A stretch of DNA of 64,000 nucleotides from Lama glama. Its lineage: Eukaryota. Both the position numbers and the translations under genes were made by a program. The DNA is taken from contig CM052837.1 in the NCBI GenBank assembly GCA_028534125.1, positions 36,890,001 through 36,954,000 of the forward strand, read 5' to 3'. The notes below the pieces were generated by a model. The model was given only the letters and a program-made list of their open reading frames with translations, searched no databases and was not told where the DNA came from. This document shows, one piece after another, positions 23,259 to 37,855 of the stretch. Position 1 is the stretch's first letter, and each line of letters starts with the position of its first letter.

Positions 23259-26200
23259 AACATCTTGAAGACCCCATAGCCTGCTAGGTTCTGAGAGACT
23301 CTCCTTCAAAGGAACATAGTACGGCTTGTCTCTGCTGGTGGGATTCCATGAGGACCACCTTCATCAAATCTTGCAGGGATGAATACTGCTCTTCCACCTT
23401 GACTGTCTTCAGGTTTGCCCCAGATAGGTGTAGTGAGAAGTCTAGAAACCAGACAGAAGTAGCTGAAACCGGCTTGAACAAGCAGTGTGATCTCGGGCAA
23501 GTGGTCTGTAAAATGGGACTCACATGCTGGGCCGTAGGGGAAAGCTCACATGGGGACCCCCTGCAAAGGGCTCCGTAAATGGGAGCTGGAGTGAGGACAC
23601 CCCACTCAGCCCCTTCAGCTGAAAATCCTTCAAAGAAGCGAAACCAGTAGCAATGCCCTTCTGCAAAGTGAGATTTTCACTGAGATGCGGCTCCAGGTGG
23701 GTGCTCGGAGGGATGAAAGGCACCAAAGGCAGAGCTGCCGGGAGGAGGAAGCAGGAGACAGCTCGGGGTGGAAAAGCAAGTGGGCAGAAGGGAAAGGAGC
23801 TGCAGGAAGCCCCACCTGCAGTCATTACAGCACTCAGTGACCCTCAGGATGGCTCTTACTCAGTAAAAGGAAATTGCTCACCCCCTCAACAACTGTGCCT
23901 CCCGCTTGCAACCTCTCAGCAGCAGCTGGCTCTGACCCTGGGCCTGCGGGCTGAGGGGTCCCTGCCACCCTCTCACTACTCCGGCCTCCTCGGCCTCCTC
24001 AGGTAATTCCAGTTCACCTGTCTGCACTCCTCACGGGAGCCACTCTCACTTGCTGAAAAAGGCATTTCTGGAAGCGCAGTTTGGGTACATTTCACCTGAA
24101 CTCAACTAGCTAAGAAATATTCCCTCCTAATAAACTTACTTTTCATAGCTGAACTCAGAGGAGCAAACAGACTAAAAAGGAGTCTCTGGTTGTCTCAGAT
24201 TCTTTCCTAAATACACCAGGTGTGCAAGCCAAATCCCAAAGGTCAGAGGGCTGCCAACAGGAGGGAGCAGGAAGCCGCACAGGCTTCCACCCTCGGGGAT
24301 TTCAGTCTCTGACAAAAGCGCGTCACCAGCAGGTGTAGACACCAGGTCCCGCTGCCCCACCTCACAGACACATTTGGGAACTTTATCAAAGCGGAAAAGC
24401 ACATCAGGAAACTCAGCGATCCCTTTAAAAAACTGCCTTCCTGTGTTCAGCCTCCTCTCCTTGAGTTAAAGCCCATTGGAAAGCAGGGTCCTGAGCAGAG
24501 CACCTGACCCAACGAGAAACCCCCGAAGCAGGGCGCCCGCTCCTGGAGGCCTGAGAGGTGAGGCAGGACCCAACAGGCTCCACCCTTTGCAGGGACAATG
24601 TAAAACCTTTATTGTTCCTCTCATTTGGAATTCAAAGGCAGGCAGGCAGGCAGAGAAGTGGCCTGCTGGTCAAGGTCGAGGGTGGGTCTGATGCCTGGCT
24701 CCGGACAAGGTCCCTAGGGAACCTGGACCCAAACTCAGACCCAGGCCAGAGGTGGAGGGGAGAGGCAGAGCAGGAGAGACAAGAGGGGGAGGGGAGGCCA
24801 AGGGGCAAGGTCAACGTCGGACCCTCTCAGCTCCTCCTCCCTGGCCTCTGCCAGCAGTTTGGAGGAAAACCACAGGATTCTTCCAGAATGGCTACTGCAG
24901 GGGCCCCGACCTAGTGGTCAGGGGCTGCAGGGTTCCTGGCGTCCCTGAGGCCAGAGAACCACAGGCTGTGGGCTCACCAGGCTGGAGCCACCCTCTCAGG
25001 ACAACCGGCTGTCCCCTCAGCTTTGCTCTTGCCCTGTTTCAGGGCCCCAGGGTGCCGGGCGCCCAGAGGCTGCACTCCTAACCATCAAGGTGAACGAAAG
25101 GATTATCACACAATACACCCCCCATCACTCCCTGGGGACAGAATGCAGGTTCCCAACACAGATAAACCTCGTGTTTTTTTATTATCACTAACACAAGCAT
25201 CAACCACTGTATCTTCTTTTTCTTTTTCTGAGCAATGAATGAATTGGCATCACTCTTACACTACGTACAGCCAGCTAGCAGCCAACTGGAGGTGCGTCCA
25301 CACGCACAGTCCTGTCATTTGACCAGTGCTGAAAGGTCTCGCCATAAGCTGGAGACCACCCCAAGCAGAGCAGAGCTAAGTCCCAGGCTTTGGCCCCTCG
25401 CTAAGGAAAGTGTGAAGCCGAAACTGGCTGCTGCTCTCGGAAGCTGCTTTCAAGTTAGAGAACCCCCACCCCAGGGCCCTCGGTGCCCCACTCCCCTCTG
25501 CAGGACCACCCCGCATACCTGCATTTCTGCAGGATTAAATAAAAAACATCTCTTGACCTGTGTTTACCCTAACAAAACCCACTGCCGCAGGAAACAGCCT
25601 GCCTCCCAACACCCTAGGTAGACAAGTCTCCGTCCTGTCCTTACCGGTCAGGAAGCCTGTTACAGGTCTCACAACCAGTCAGACACCTGTGCATGTCTGA
25701 CCACACCGCCCCCACTCCCCGTGTGCACAGCCCCCTCCTCCAATGACAGACCCTGCCCGCCTGCCCTCGCGGCTCACCCAGGCCCCTCTCGTCTGCGGGG
25801 CCCGCTGCTGTCTTTGGCAGTGTAACCTAGCAACTCCTTTCCTGTTCTCCTTTGCCTTTGGTAAAGTCACCGGCCCAGCAGTGCTGCCCACGAAGGGAGA
25901 CAGGTCCCCATTCCTAAGCAGACCTTTGTTTGTCCACCACCAGGGCCATCCCACACCTGTGCGTCACTGCTGGAAAGGCAACTTCGTGGACTACGTGGAT
26001 CCTGCTGGGCGCTGCTCTGAGGCAGGGCAGGGGGACTAACAGGCAGGATGGAAAAGGGGCCACCAAACAAACAAAAAACAAAAAAGTGGGGGGGGGAGTG
26101 AAAATTAGGAGTTAACCTTTGTATCCAACCCCAAAGACCTACTGAAAGTCAGCTGTGGAACGTGACGGGCTCCTTAGTCAAAGGAGCAAATGAGAACCAT

Positions 26201-27669
26201 ACTAATCTTCTGTCTTTTATACAAAAGAATACATAAACGGGAAAATGCGAAAGATTAGGAAAGGGAACAGGGTGGGAGGAGGGGGTCACCCCAGGCACGC
26301 TGTGCCCAGCAACCCTCTACACGGATGCTGCAGCTGGCCCTGCGGACGGAGTGCCACCGCTCGCCAGCAGCAGCAGAGCCTGGCCCTGTGACCGGCGGGA
26401 GTGGAGCGGCAGCGCTGTGGCTCCGAGGCCGCCCCACCTCTGGGAGGCCCGGATCGACGGCAAGAAGCGGGGCTAGATGCGTCCTTCCCATGTCCACCGC
26501 TTCCCAGAGCCCTTCAGACAGAAACACAAATCCAAGGAGCCGCCTCTCCTGTAAGAAAGCCCCGGTTTGTCACCTACACCAGAGGGACCACCCTCACGGA
26601 GCACAGTGTGTCACTCATGCCTCTTAGGATGGTCCTGCTACTCTGAGACGTCTTCTGTCCCCTGTGAGTTTAGTGAAAAAAGTAAATGCAGTTAATTTCA
26701 GAAGAAATTTTAACACATATAAGGCATAAAAATTGTATTTCCTTTCTAGTTGACTTCATCTCCTAACCATCTCCAAAAGAACACACCAAATAAAAAGGGC
26801 AGGAAAATCAATGCCTTCACAGCTTTTGACAGAAAAGCAGTTGAGGAGAAACATAGTTGTGCCTGAACACACCGTTCACCTGCACACGCTCCTCACAGAG
26901 CGGTGCCAGGACGAGGGCGAGTCCCGCAGACCTGTCCCCATTCCGAGGCCAGCTGGGAGCAGGGGCCGCGGGGCCCCAGGGGCAGGGGGCAGTTACAACC
27001 GTACCAGCTACAATTTAATAGATTATTTTTTCCAAAATGAAATACTTGAAAAGTAAGAGACTGCTGAAAGTCAGGTCTAATGGTAGCTTTCTGGATTTGT
27101 CCAAAATAGAAAAAAACGTAACGTATAAATTCCTGTTCTTGCCTGACTCATAAAAACAAAATGGCGAAAGTGAGGAAGAACGCATCCGAAGGAACTGCCA
27201 ACAAGGACAGCAGAGGCTGAGCGACCAGGAGCTTCCACAGGGCGCCCAAAAGCCTCTACTCCGGACCTCAGCAAAACCAACGCCCAGAAAACACCCTTCC
27301 AATGCCAAAACAGTCTTGAGGTCCCATCTGGACCACGTGCTTCTCAACTGCAGAAATCCAAGGAGAAACAAGAGCTCCCAAACCTGTCCACAGAAGGCAG
27401 GAGCCCAAGAAAGCTGCCCTTTCTGATGGTACGGAGGAATGCAAAATCCTGGGAGCTGGTCAGACAGACAGAAGTTCCTCTTGTTCCAACGGAAAGTAAA
27501 AGCACTTAGAGAGTAAACATAAGGTTTTAAAGTTAAAAACGCAAAAACAAAATTTTGAGAGTGTGTTTTTAAAAAGGAACATGTGGTTACCAATTGAAAA
27601 GGATGCCTCATTTTCACTCAACGCTTCTACCTCCCAAATTGACATCTGATCAGAATAGCCAGGCTCAGC

Positions 27670-27693
27670 AAAAAAAAAAAAAAAAAAAAAAAA
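27670..27693. repeat. A24 mononucleotide run
   Basis: Read directly from the sequence. Confidence 0.95.
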
Positions 27694-28575
27694 TCCTCAA
27701 AGCACACACAGTCACACAGCTACACAGTACGGGCTCTTTGTTTATGTGTGAGCACATCTGTCTGTACCTGCGTCTACAGCAACATACGTGTCAGGTCCCC
27801 ACCAGCCAGGCCTGAAGGGAACCACCACCTCAACAGGAAGTGGTTGCGAACAGCGCACTGACTGGGCCCGGGACGGCCAGGCAGGTCTGCTGCCTGTGCT
27901 CCCCCGGCCGGCCCCCACACTACCCCACTTTATGTCGCAACTTCTGCGGGAGTTGAAAGATCAAGACAAACATCACTCTTGCTTTTACCCATCCGAAGAA
28001 ACCTGTGACACACCAGCGCGTCCTGACTTTGCGGTAGAGCCTAGAAAGGCAAGGGGGGCGGGGGAGGGAGACTGTCTCCAACCCCACTGCACGGGCTTCG
28101 CAGGCCAAGACTCATGGCATCTGAATATACGCGGCAGAACTAAATAGTAATAAAAGTCTCCCTACTCCCTTTAACATCTTCACGCAGAATTTCAAGACAG
28201 AATATTGTGAAAAACTAAGGCTATGGAAATTGGCTTTTTGGAGTTTATTGCCTACTCGTGGTAATGATTCTGAGCAGTTTATACATTAACCCCAAGAATC
28301 AGGTTTGATTTTGCCAAAACTCCCCTTGAAAGCAGGGCTCCAATGGGTATGGGTTTGATTTTATGCTTTTGGGGTTTGAAAGATAGAAACACCACCCCAA
28401 ATACTGTGGCTCTGTGAAACACGGCTGGTAGCCTGCTTGTTGAGCAGTCCAGGATTTGTTTAAAAGAAGCACTGTGTATTTTATTCTCAAAATGCATTCC
28501 CGTTTTAAAAAACTCTTTTATGCTCTTTTAAAACTAATAAGCCTTTAACATCTCTCTTTACAGAACTGCTAACTT

Positions 28576-28656
28576 GTGAATCACTATGTTGTTCACCAGA
28601 AACTCATATAATATTGTACCTCAAACTATACCTCAAATAAAAAATAAGAGAGAAAA
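28576..28656 (+). mobile_element. L1 3' end with A-rich tail
   Basis: TGAATCACTATGTTGTTCACCAGAAACTCATATAATATTGTACCTCAAACTATACCTCAAATAAAAAA, a laurasiatherian L1 3' terminus. Confidence 0.7.
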
Positions 28657-31359
28657 ACGTGCTAATCTGTCAAGATGAAACTCCCCCTGGGCTTGGAGAA
28701 CAGCAGAAGCTCTGGCCGTCTGGCTGCTCCCCCTGCCCCAGGCCCACCTCGTTCCCTTCCAGAAGCCAGTTCACGACCCCACAGACTGAAATCTTGTCAA
28801 CCTGCTCACTGTTCCAGATGAAGAGCGACACATGCCCCAAACCCCTCGCTGTGCGCTGGGGTCTTCAGGGCTCGGGCCCAGGGTCCTCCTGCACTCGTGC
28901 TGTGCTCGCCTCTACCACCTTTCCACCTGCTCCCCTAACCTCCCCACTCAATGCCTCAAATGCACCTGGAAACCTGACATGCAAAAGGAGCTCTTGACTG
29001 CTGAACCTCCCCATCCATCCAGGCCTCCTCTAGCCATGGTCCCACCCTGTAAACCCAACTGCCCCCAGATATTCCCCTTGACACGCCCCCCTCTGCCTCA
29101 GCCACCAGCTCCTGTGCTTCAGTGCTGCCTGTAATCATCCCAGCCGCTGACTCCTCCCACGGCGGCCGCTAGCCCAGTCACAGCCTGGTCCCCTCTGTCA
29201 GGCACCTCGCCCCTCTGGGCTCACCGCCCTATGATGACCAGACACTGACCAAGTTCACCAGGTGCCCCGCCTGCTGGCCCCAACACTGCTGATCACATCT
29301 GCTAGAAACTGCCCCGGGGCTTCCCCGGTGGATCCCCTCAGTGGATTCTGGACCTGGTCCACTTCTCCTCTCAACGGACTTTCTTTGAGTGCTCATCAAC
29401 CCTCACAAGGTGTTACCACAAAACCTTCACTCCCAGCCTCACCTTTCCCACCAGCTTTAGACAGTCCCACAGGTGCCTCAAACTCCAAGAGGCCGACCTG
29501 AACTCTTCCCCGTTCCTCTCCCTCCTCTCCCTCCTCATCCTCATGGTTCTTCTGCCATTGGTGCCACCACTGCGACCTCGCCAACCAGGCTGCACCATTG
29601 AGCTCATCTTCCACTTCTTTCTCTTCTGTTGCCCTACAAACTGTCAGCCCACCAAGGGTTCCCCCTTCGTCCATTTCTGCTGAAACTGCTTCTAGTCAAG
29701 TCCCCATCACCACTCAGTCATCTACTCCTCCATCTTCTCAACAAGTGTCTGTGGAACTCCTGCCACGTCCCAGATCTCCACGTCTGGGGTGAGCTGTGCC
29801 ACACTGTTCGGCATCAGGGACATAACGGGCTGCGAAAGGGCAGTTTACGGGACCACGTGAGCAAAAGGAGAGGCACTACCTCCTGCTTCGTCAGGGAAGG
29901 TCTCCCCGCTCCTGGGAGTTAGCCCAGGCAGTGCTGCGAACCCAGAGGGGAGAGAATCTGAGACCTGGGTTGGAGAGAGAAAGGGTAGGAGCGATGAGGC
30001 TCTCAGCCGTGCTCACTTTGGGAGGGTGTCCTCCGACGGGTGTGAAGAGGGCAGGGACCGGGAGAGATCACCCTGCCTGCTGGGTGGGTTTCAGAAAGGA
30101 GCTGGCAGGACCCCTGGGAGGGGCAACTCAAGAAGCAGAGAGGACAGCCTCAACGTTTTCAGGGAGGAGCTGGGAACAAAACAGCAGCCAGTCTCCAGAC
30201 AGGATTAAGGATGGGCAGGACCAGGTGACTAGCGGCTTTCTGGGGGAGAGGCCTCAACCTCCGACCCGCAGAGAAGGCACAGCCGCAGCCCCTTCAGACG
30301 CAAGCATTCTAGCGCCTTAGGGCACCGGAACTGTGCTTTCTGCTCGCTCGCCCTTGAAAAGAATTTTTAAAATCTGCACCTCCACGGGCACTATGAAGTT
30401 GGCATCTAAAGTTGTTTATGGGATTAAGTCCTTGAACAGGATGTTACAGACAAGTACCACACTGGCATCTGCATTTTAAGTAGATTTGTGCCCAAACTTT
30501 GGACCTGCAGATTTAACTCACTCCACTAACGGAAAATGTCGGTAATCAGTCGTCATTGTCAAACCCATTTGCCGAGTTGCACTTAACTTTCTGCCGGAAG
30601 TCCACCACCACTTTCACGTTATTTAGTTCGCTTTTGAGCAATCACAGGAAGCCATCTAACCCCTGACTTCCAATTCAGGAGGACGTCGGATTTCATCCGA
30701 TAAAGGGCTCAATTTCCTGCCTGAAAAGCTCTAAAATCTTTTAACTCTACTCTCCAGTAGCAGGAAAACGAGACCCTGCTCTGAGTCTGCATTCCACTCC
30801 AGCAAACGGACAATAAGAACCATGTGAAAGCACAAATGTGTATTTCTGCGCCTCTGCGGCCGCACGCAGCACCTCGGGGCCCCGCGCATAAGGCTGCAGC
30901 CCCTGCCCAACGCCGGCGCGGCTTAGGAACCACGGGCGGAAAGACCACCGGGCCCTGGGCCGCGGGGAGCTCGCGCGGGAAGGACCACCGGGCTCCCGGC
31001 GAGGGGCTCCCCGAGGGCAGGCCCGTCCCTGTTGAGTCATCTGACAGCGAGCGAAGGCGCGTTCTGCGACCCGGTCGCGTAGCCACGGAGCCGCCCCAAC
31101 GATCGGAACCGAGAGCTCCGGCCCGCCGCTCCCGGGCGGATCCTCCCAGGCTTTTGCGCGAAGGCAGGCGCTGGGTCGGGAGGGACCCCGCCTCGGGGCT
31201 GCGCGGAGCACCGGCGCCTGACCCCGCACGCGCCCCCTGCCCTCAGACTCACACAAACGACAGAAAGGACGCTGGGACCTCCGCCTCCGACTCAGTCCAG
31301 ATGTCGCCGTCCTGGCGCGAAGTTCCCCCACAATGACGCCTCCACGGCAGCCATCTTAC

Positions 31360-31440
31360 CCAGAGGCGGACGACGCCTTTTGACTCTCGCGCCAATCCGT
31401 AGAGCGAGGGCGCCGCGAGGGGAGTTCTGCGCAAGGACGG
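31360..31440 (-). other. DIDO1: DIDO1 distal first exon 1a (5' end approximate)
   Basis: Donor CTGG|GTAAGA at 31359 in the CpG island shared with GID8; head-to-head arrangement as in human. Confidence 0.65.
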
Positions 31441-31539
31441 AAGCTAGGGTTCCGCGCTTCCGGGCGGCCGCCGCGCCCCGCCCCCTCGTGGGGGCACTTG
31501 ATTGGCTGCCGGCTTGCGATCTCACGATCTCGCGGGAAG

Positions 31540-31720
31540 TGGCTGAGGGGGCGGCCGCCGGTGCGTCTGCCCTCCCGTTCCCCGCCCCCGCCCCCGCCTC
31601 TGCCGCGGCCCCCGCCGCCGCCTCCCCCTCCCCGGCACCGCCGCCCCCTCCCCGCCCGGCCCGGCCCCCAGAGCGGCCGCGGAGACCCCAGACCCGAGCG
31701 CGGCAGGCGGGGTCCGCACG
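31540..31720 (+). other. GID8: GID8 non-coding exon 1 (5' end approximate)
   Basis: Donor CACG|GTAAGA at 31721 in the CpG island; next acceptor at 34445. Confidence 0.7.
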
Positions 31721-33479
31721 GTAAGATGGCCGCGGCGGGCCCAGGCGGCCGGGCCGAGCGGCCCCGCGGGAGCGCGGCAGGCGGGGGCGGCGAGACGGAG
31801 GGCCCGCGGGGGGAGGGCTCGGGCAGGAGTCGGGACCGGGGAGGGGAGGGAGCGGGGAGGGGGTGGAGGCGAGCCAGAGACGGGGCCGGGCCGGGTCGCC
31901 GCGCCGCCGCCGGGTGCGCCGGGCCGGCCGGGCCCGCGCTGGGAGCCTTCCGGGGTCGAAGGTCCAAGTGGGTGTCAGAGTCGGGCCGCGTCCTCGGTGC
32001 AGGCGGCGCCCTCGAGTTTTGCAAGTCAAACTGCCCCCTTTCCTCCGGCAGGAGTAGACTCCTAACGTGGCGGTGCCCGGGCTGTGTAATTCGGTGTTTG
32101 CTCTTAACGGGAGCACGTTTCGAGTGAAGGCTGCAGTGTTCAGAGATGGTCGCCAGCTAGAACAGTGACAGTTACTGAAACACCGCACAGGTGTCTCTAG
32201 GAAGGGAGCTATTTTAATACAGAACCGCTTCAGAGCAGACTGAGCTGGTGAGGACGTACTTGCTGCTTGGCAAGCAAGTGTTCCTCGGCTTCAGAATTGG
32301 GACATTTAATTGTGTCTGTTGAGTATTTAACTGCTGAATCCTTCTTGCGCAGAACAACGGGCCAGTTCTCCGAAGCTGTTACTTTCAAATATCGCCCTGT
32401 TGCCTCAGAATAAGAGCTTGATCTGAGCGAGTTTAGCAGTTGGTCGTAGCTCTGAGAGAGGGTGTTTGTATGAGCGACACCTCTCGATTTTGTCTTGCCG
32501 CCAGTTTTTTTCTGCTACACCTCCGGTCTGCTGATCTCGGAGTTTGGCATCCGCCAAGTACCCAGGACTTTGTCCTGCACCGCTTTGCTTCCCTGCCCAC
32601 ACTCTCTCCCTGTGCGATCTTTGGCAGACTCTTGGCTTTCAGTATCATTTTGTGGAGGATATTTCCCTAATTAATGTTTCCAGTGCTGATCTGGGGACCT
32701 ATAATCCAGGTGCCTGCTTGACTTCTCTGGCTGCGTGTCTAATAGCCCAGACTTGCCCAGCTCCTCAAACCTGTTCCACTCCCAGCCCTTCCTCCTCACT
32801 TGTGGCTCCATCTTCCAAGGTCTCAAGCTTGAAACCTCCCATTGTCCTGGAGTCTTGTTCTTTTACCTTCCACACTGGGTCCAGCAGCAGGGCCCCTTGG
32901 CTCTCTGTCCACAGAACCTTGAGGGACTGTGCCTTCAGGCTCTTCTGCTGCTACTGCTCTCTGGACTGGGCAGCTCTTTGATGGTCTTCCTGCTCAGCTG
33001 TCACCAACCACCCCGTGGTCATCCCATGTCCACTGGGAAACCAGAGCCATCTTTTAATTGCTTTTATTTGTTGAAGCAGTTTAGCATGTACTTTGCTACG
33101 TATAAACTAATATCATGAATGTCTGTCAGTTACAGAAGGTAAAACTGAAGTGGACAGTGGTGGGCTCACCACCCATCTTGAGAGCCCAACGGGTGCTCCC
33201 AGGGCCCCTTTTTCCATGGTAACCACCTCCTGAGTTTCCTGTTTCATGCCCTTACTTAAAACAATAACAAAACAGTTTTGTTACGTATGTTATTCACTGC
33301 TAAGCAAATATTATAGACCTTGTCTTGGTTTTTGTTTTTTACAAAACTGTCCCACTTGGGCCTGTGCTGTGGTTTGCTTTATTCGTCCAGCTGGTTTCTG
33401 AGTCATCCGTACGGTTGTGTTCATTTATTTTAACTACTTTAGCAAATTCTGTGACGTGAACATGATCACAGTCATTTCC

Positions 33480-33777
33480 TAGCTACCCTAAAATCCAGAT
33501 AACTCGGAAAACCAAGTTTTTGTTTTTGTTTTTATCCTATTTGTTGGCAAAACCTAACCTGGCAAAGCCTGTTTAATGGCCTCTATTCCACTTGGCATGA
33601 ATACTCATACATTTCACTGAAGAAATAATATTTGATTATGGGGTGCTGCCCCAGACTCCAGTGAGACTGTCATACAACACACGGTAAATTATGCCAGATA
33701 GTCTTTGTACGATCTGAACAGTTCTGAATTCTGAAACCGATCTGCCCAAGGGCTTTGGGCCAGGGATTGTGGTCCTG
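33480..33777 (-). mobile_element. MER96B-like hAT DNA element
   Basis: Minus strand CAGGACCACAATCCC...GGTTTCAGAATTCAGAA...GTCTGGGGCAGCACCCCATAATCAAA matches the recalled MER96B consensus. Confidence 0.6.
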
Positions 33778-34451
33778 TGAACCACATTTCGTTTGTCCGT
33801 GCTGTTGATGAATGAACATGGTGGGGATGCCTCCGTATCTTTGCCATTTTGAACGCTGTTTCTGTGAGCAAGCTTATCTGTGTCTAGCACACTGTGGTGA
33901 GTCTTCAAGGGTCTCAATCTGGCAGTAGAACTGGCTGCAAGGAGCACACATGTGCAGCTGCCAAATGCTTTTGCAGTGCAGTGTTTTCTGACAGCAGTGT
34001 AGGGGAGTTCAGGAGAATGCGATGTCCCTGTTAACACACGATTTTGTGAGTCTGGTGGGTGTGTGACTGTGGGATTCTTTTAGCACATACGTTACAGCAT
34101 GAAATTCTGTAGCTTGTACCCCGTGGCTGTCCTTGGTCCTTAGAGAACACATCTAAGCTTCTCCGTCACCTGAAGGCCTTAATCTGACCCCAGCTGCCCT
34201 CCTGTCTCTGAGTCCCGTGGCTCTTCCTTGCGTTCATCCTGCCTCCTAAACACCCCACCTTCCTTCTGGTCCCTGAACCTGTGTTTGAGTCTCAGACCCT
34301 TTGCACTAGCTGGTTCCCACATTTTAAGTATCTTCTCACTCATTCCCTTTTACTTCCTGCTATGTCGCTGTATTTTTTTCTGAAGTGATCACACTTGTCA
34401 TAGCATTCCTCACCAATTCTTAAAATATAATTTTTTTTCCTGTAGAAATAA

Positions 34452-34727
<276 letters not shown>

Positions 34728-35519
34728 TGAAAGAGGTATCTCTTCTGGAGGCGAGCTCAGATTCCAGGTATCCGAGACCTAAGGCATAATCCTGTTTCTT
34801 GGCCTTTGGCATTTTTACAGTTGATGAAGGTAATTAAGAGTGCTCTGAAGTACGTGTAAGGCCTGGGTAATTGCTGTCTTCTGGCCAGCCCAGTAGCTCT
34901 GGTCCTGGACTGTTCCTAAAGGGGTGCCCACCTCAGAAGAGGGGTGGGGCAGAAGCGTGTGGAAGGGAGCGCATGCTCTGCAGCTGACACGCAGCTCTCT
35001 TTGGTTCTAGAAAGGAAGAGGGTAACTCTGGGGTGAAAAAACCGTCTTGTTTCCAAAAGATGTGGCTCTCTTTCCTGCTAGTTCCCAGCGCCCCGACCCT
35101 CCGCCTCACATTAGTCTCTTTTAAGATTTCTTTTTGAAAGGTGGCTAGGAAATGGCGGCCTATAGCTGTGTGCACACGTGTCGGGGGGTGTATGTGTGTG
35201 CGAGGTTGCTGCTTTGATGTTGAGAGCTGTCAACTCGCTAAGAGTGGGCGTGGCCAGGTCCCCAGGCCCTCTACAGGGAGCCACAGCGCAAGTCCTCGCC
35301 TCGGGCAGGGGGAGTCAGAGTGTTTGAGTGGGTTGGGCGGTGATGACGTGCAGCCTTTCGAATGTCTGCACCTCAGGGGCATAGCTAGCAAGTCGCAGAG
35401 GCGTTAACACCACATCCCTGAAGAAGGGTAGCTCGTACCTGAGGTTACTCTCCAGGCCAGTGGGCTTTCAAGAGTGAAAAAGGCTTCGGGTCACGTCCTG
35501 CTGACTCTCCGAGCAATGA

Positions 35520-35747
<228 letters not shown>

Positions 35748-35975
35748 TGAGGGGTGTCTGGTTTGCAGACACTCAGTAATAAGTTAAGGTGATTTACGGT
35801 GATTCCCAAGGAACGAGGCTGATTTGCATTGATAGAATATTGTTTTGATTTACGTGGGGAAGGGATTTGTGTTAGCTGTTGTCTTATGTATTTCAGAAGC
35901 TATTCCTCGCTTGAAAAATGCACATTTAATAGCTCAGAGATGCTAGGGAACTCTGCCCCTTGGATGCCCTTCTGA

Positions 35976-36350
<375 letters not shown>

Positions 36351-36957
36351 TGAGGATGGCCCCAGCTCCTCCCTCATTTGATACTGATTTTTTTCCGCCT
36401 GATTTTTAAACTCTCATCCTGTCAAACTAGGGCGCAAAGCGTCCTAAGTTTTTCTACTATGTGGTAATTGAGGCGCTTCGCCGATTTTCGTCTTTTATCT
36501 CAACCTTCCTCATATTTGAAGATGTTTAGAAACAGGCGTCTCATAGATTTTTAATTCAGGTCCCATATTTGCTTCCCAAATGTTTGCTCTCCTTATTGCT
36601 TCTCTGGGTTCCAGCCACGGGACAGCTGGTCACCTCCTGGCCACAGCCCCCTTCTCCGGTGGCCTCCGTGGTGTTGGAAGGGGTGCAGCCCTGGGGCCAA
36701 CCTCAGGTGTTCTCTTGAGGCTGGTGAGGATGGAACCAGGACCACCCCCTGGGGTCTCCTCTCTGCTGGACTCTCATGCCAAGCTCCTGGCATGTAACCG
36801 CCACCTGGGCGAGACGTGACACCTGTTGACTGCACCGTGAGCGCCTCTGGGCAAGGAATGTGTTTCACATCCTCCAGAGTGCATCATGGTCACGGGCTTC
36901 AATGTCTTTAAGTAAACAAGACACTTCTCGTGTGAAGACGGTCTCCTAGGGGAGTGA

Positions 36958-37209
<252 letters not shown>

Positions 37210-37849
37210 AGTCTGCAGCGAGCCCCGCACGGAGCTCGTCATGGCGCTGTCGGGGCCCAGGACCTTCTCGCAGCAGAGAACTCTTCCCCCCTCACTCCTC
37301 TCTGACTCAGCACCTTCTCTAAAGGGGAAACCGGCCCTTGGAAGCGCAGGAAAGTGCGTGGTGAAAGACGCTGTCTCCCTGGAAGGCTGGCGCCTGCCCT
37401 ACGCCACGGGTGCGTGGGGCGCCTGGCTTCTACAGGGCTTTGCCGGCCCCCAGGGCCGGGCCGCTGGGGCAGGAGCAGCACCGCTGGGGGTCTTGCTTCC
37501 TGGGGGTGCGTAGGCAGACAGTGTGCTTTCTTCGTTCTCCCGAGTCTCGTCAGGCCTTCGTGTAGAGGTTTTTCCTTACCCGCTTGGTTTTTCATTTGTT
37601 TCTGTTTTTTCATAGGAAAGACTATAAATTTGTAAATCCTGATTCACAGACTCCTTTTGTGTGAGGGTACTGGATTGATCTGTTCACCCTGTTGGTCTGG
37701 GATGCGTGGTGGCTTTTGGGGAAATGCGTGTGTGTGAGGAGCGGGCTGTGTGTTTTTAATTTTTTAAATACATATTTTGGTGCTGGATGTGGTGAGAGAT
37801 TCTTTCCTAGTGGATCAATGAACCATCTCTTCTAGGCAGTTTTGTTGAA

Positions 37850-37855
37850 AATAAA
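37850..37855 (+). terminator. GID8 proximal poly(A) signal AATAAA
   Basis: Canonical hexamer ~640 nt after the stop in a U-rich context. Confidence 0.6.

Larger units (their letters stand above)
30830..32100. promoter_or_regulatory. CpG island; bidirectional DIDO1/GID8 promoter
   Basis: Dense CpG; CCAAT 31392-31396 and ATTGG 31501-31505; ETS-type CGGAAG 31438-31443 and CTTCCGG 31457-31463; TCTCGCG 31385 and TCTCGCGGGA 31528-31537 (BANP/TCTCGCGAGA-like); divergent splice donors at 31359 and 31721. Confidence 0.88.

Noticed and set aside
25480-26000. Possible second LTR-like element
   Set aside because: LTR-like texture, but I could not identify termini or family without a Dfam search.
27000-27693. 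Possible processed pseudogene ending in A24
   Set aside because: No upstream poly(A) signal, no target-site duplication and no recognisable protein in any frame.
29396-29674. Acidic ORF (EEKEVEDE...EDEEGEEGEE)
   Set aside because: Low-complexity CT-rich tract among probable old L2-like sequence, with no splice or homology support.
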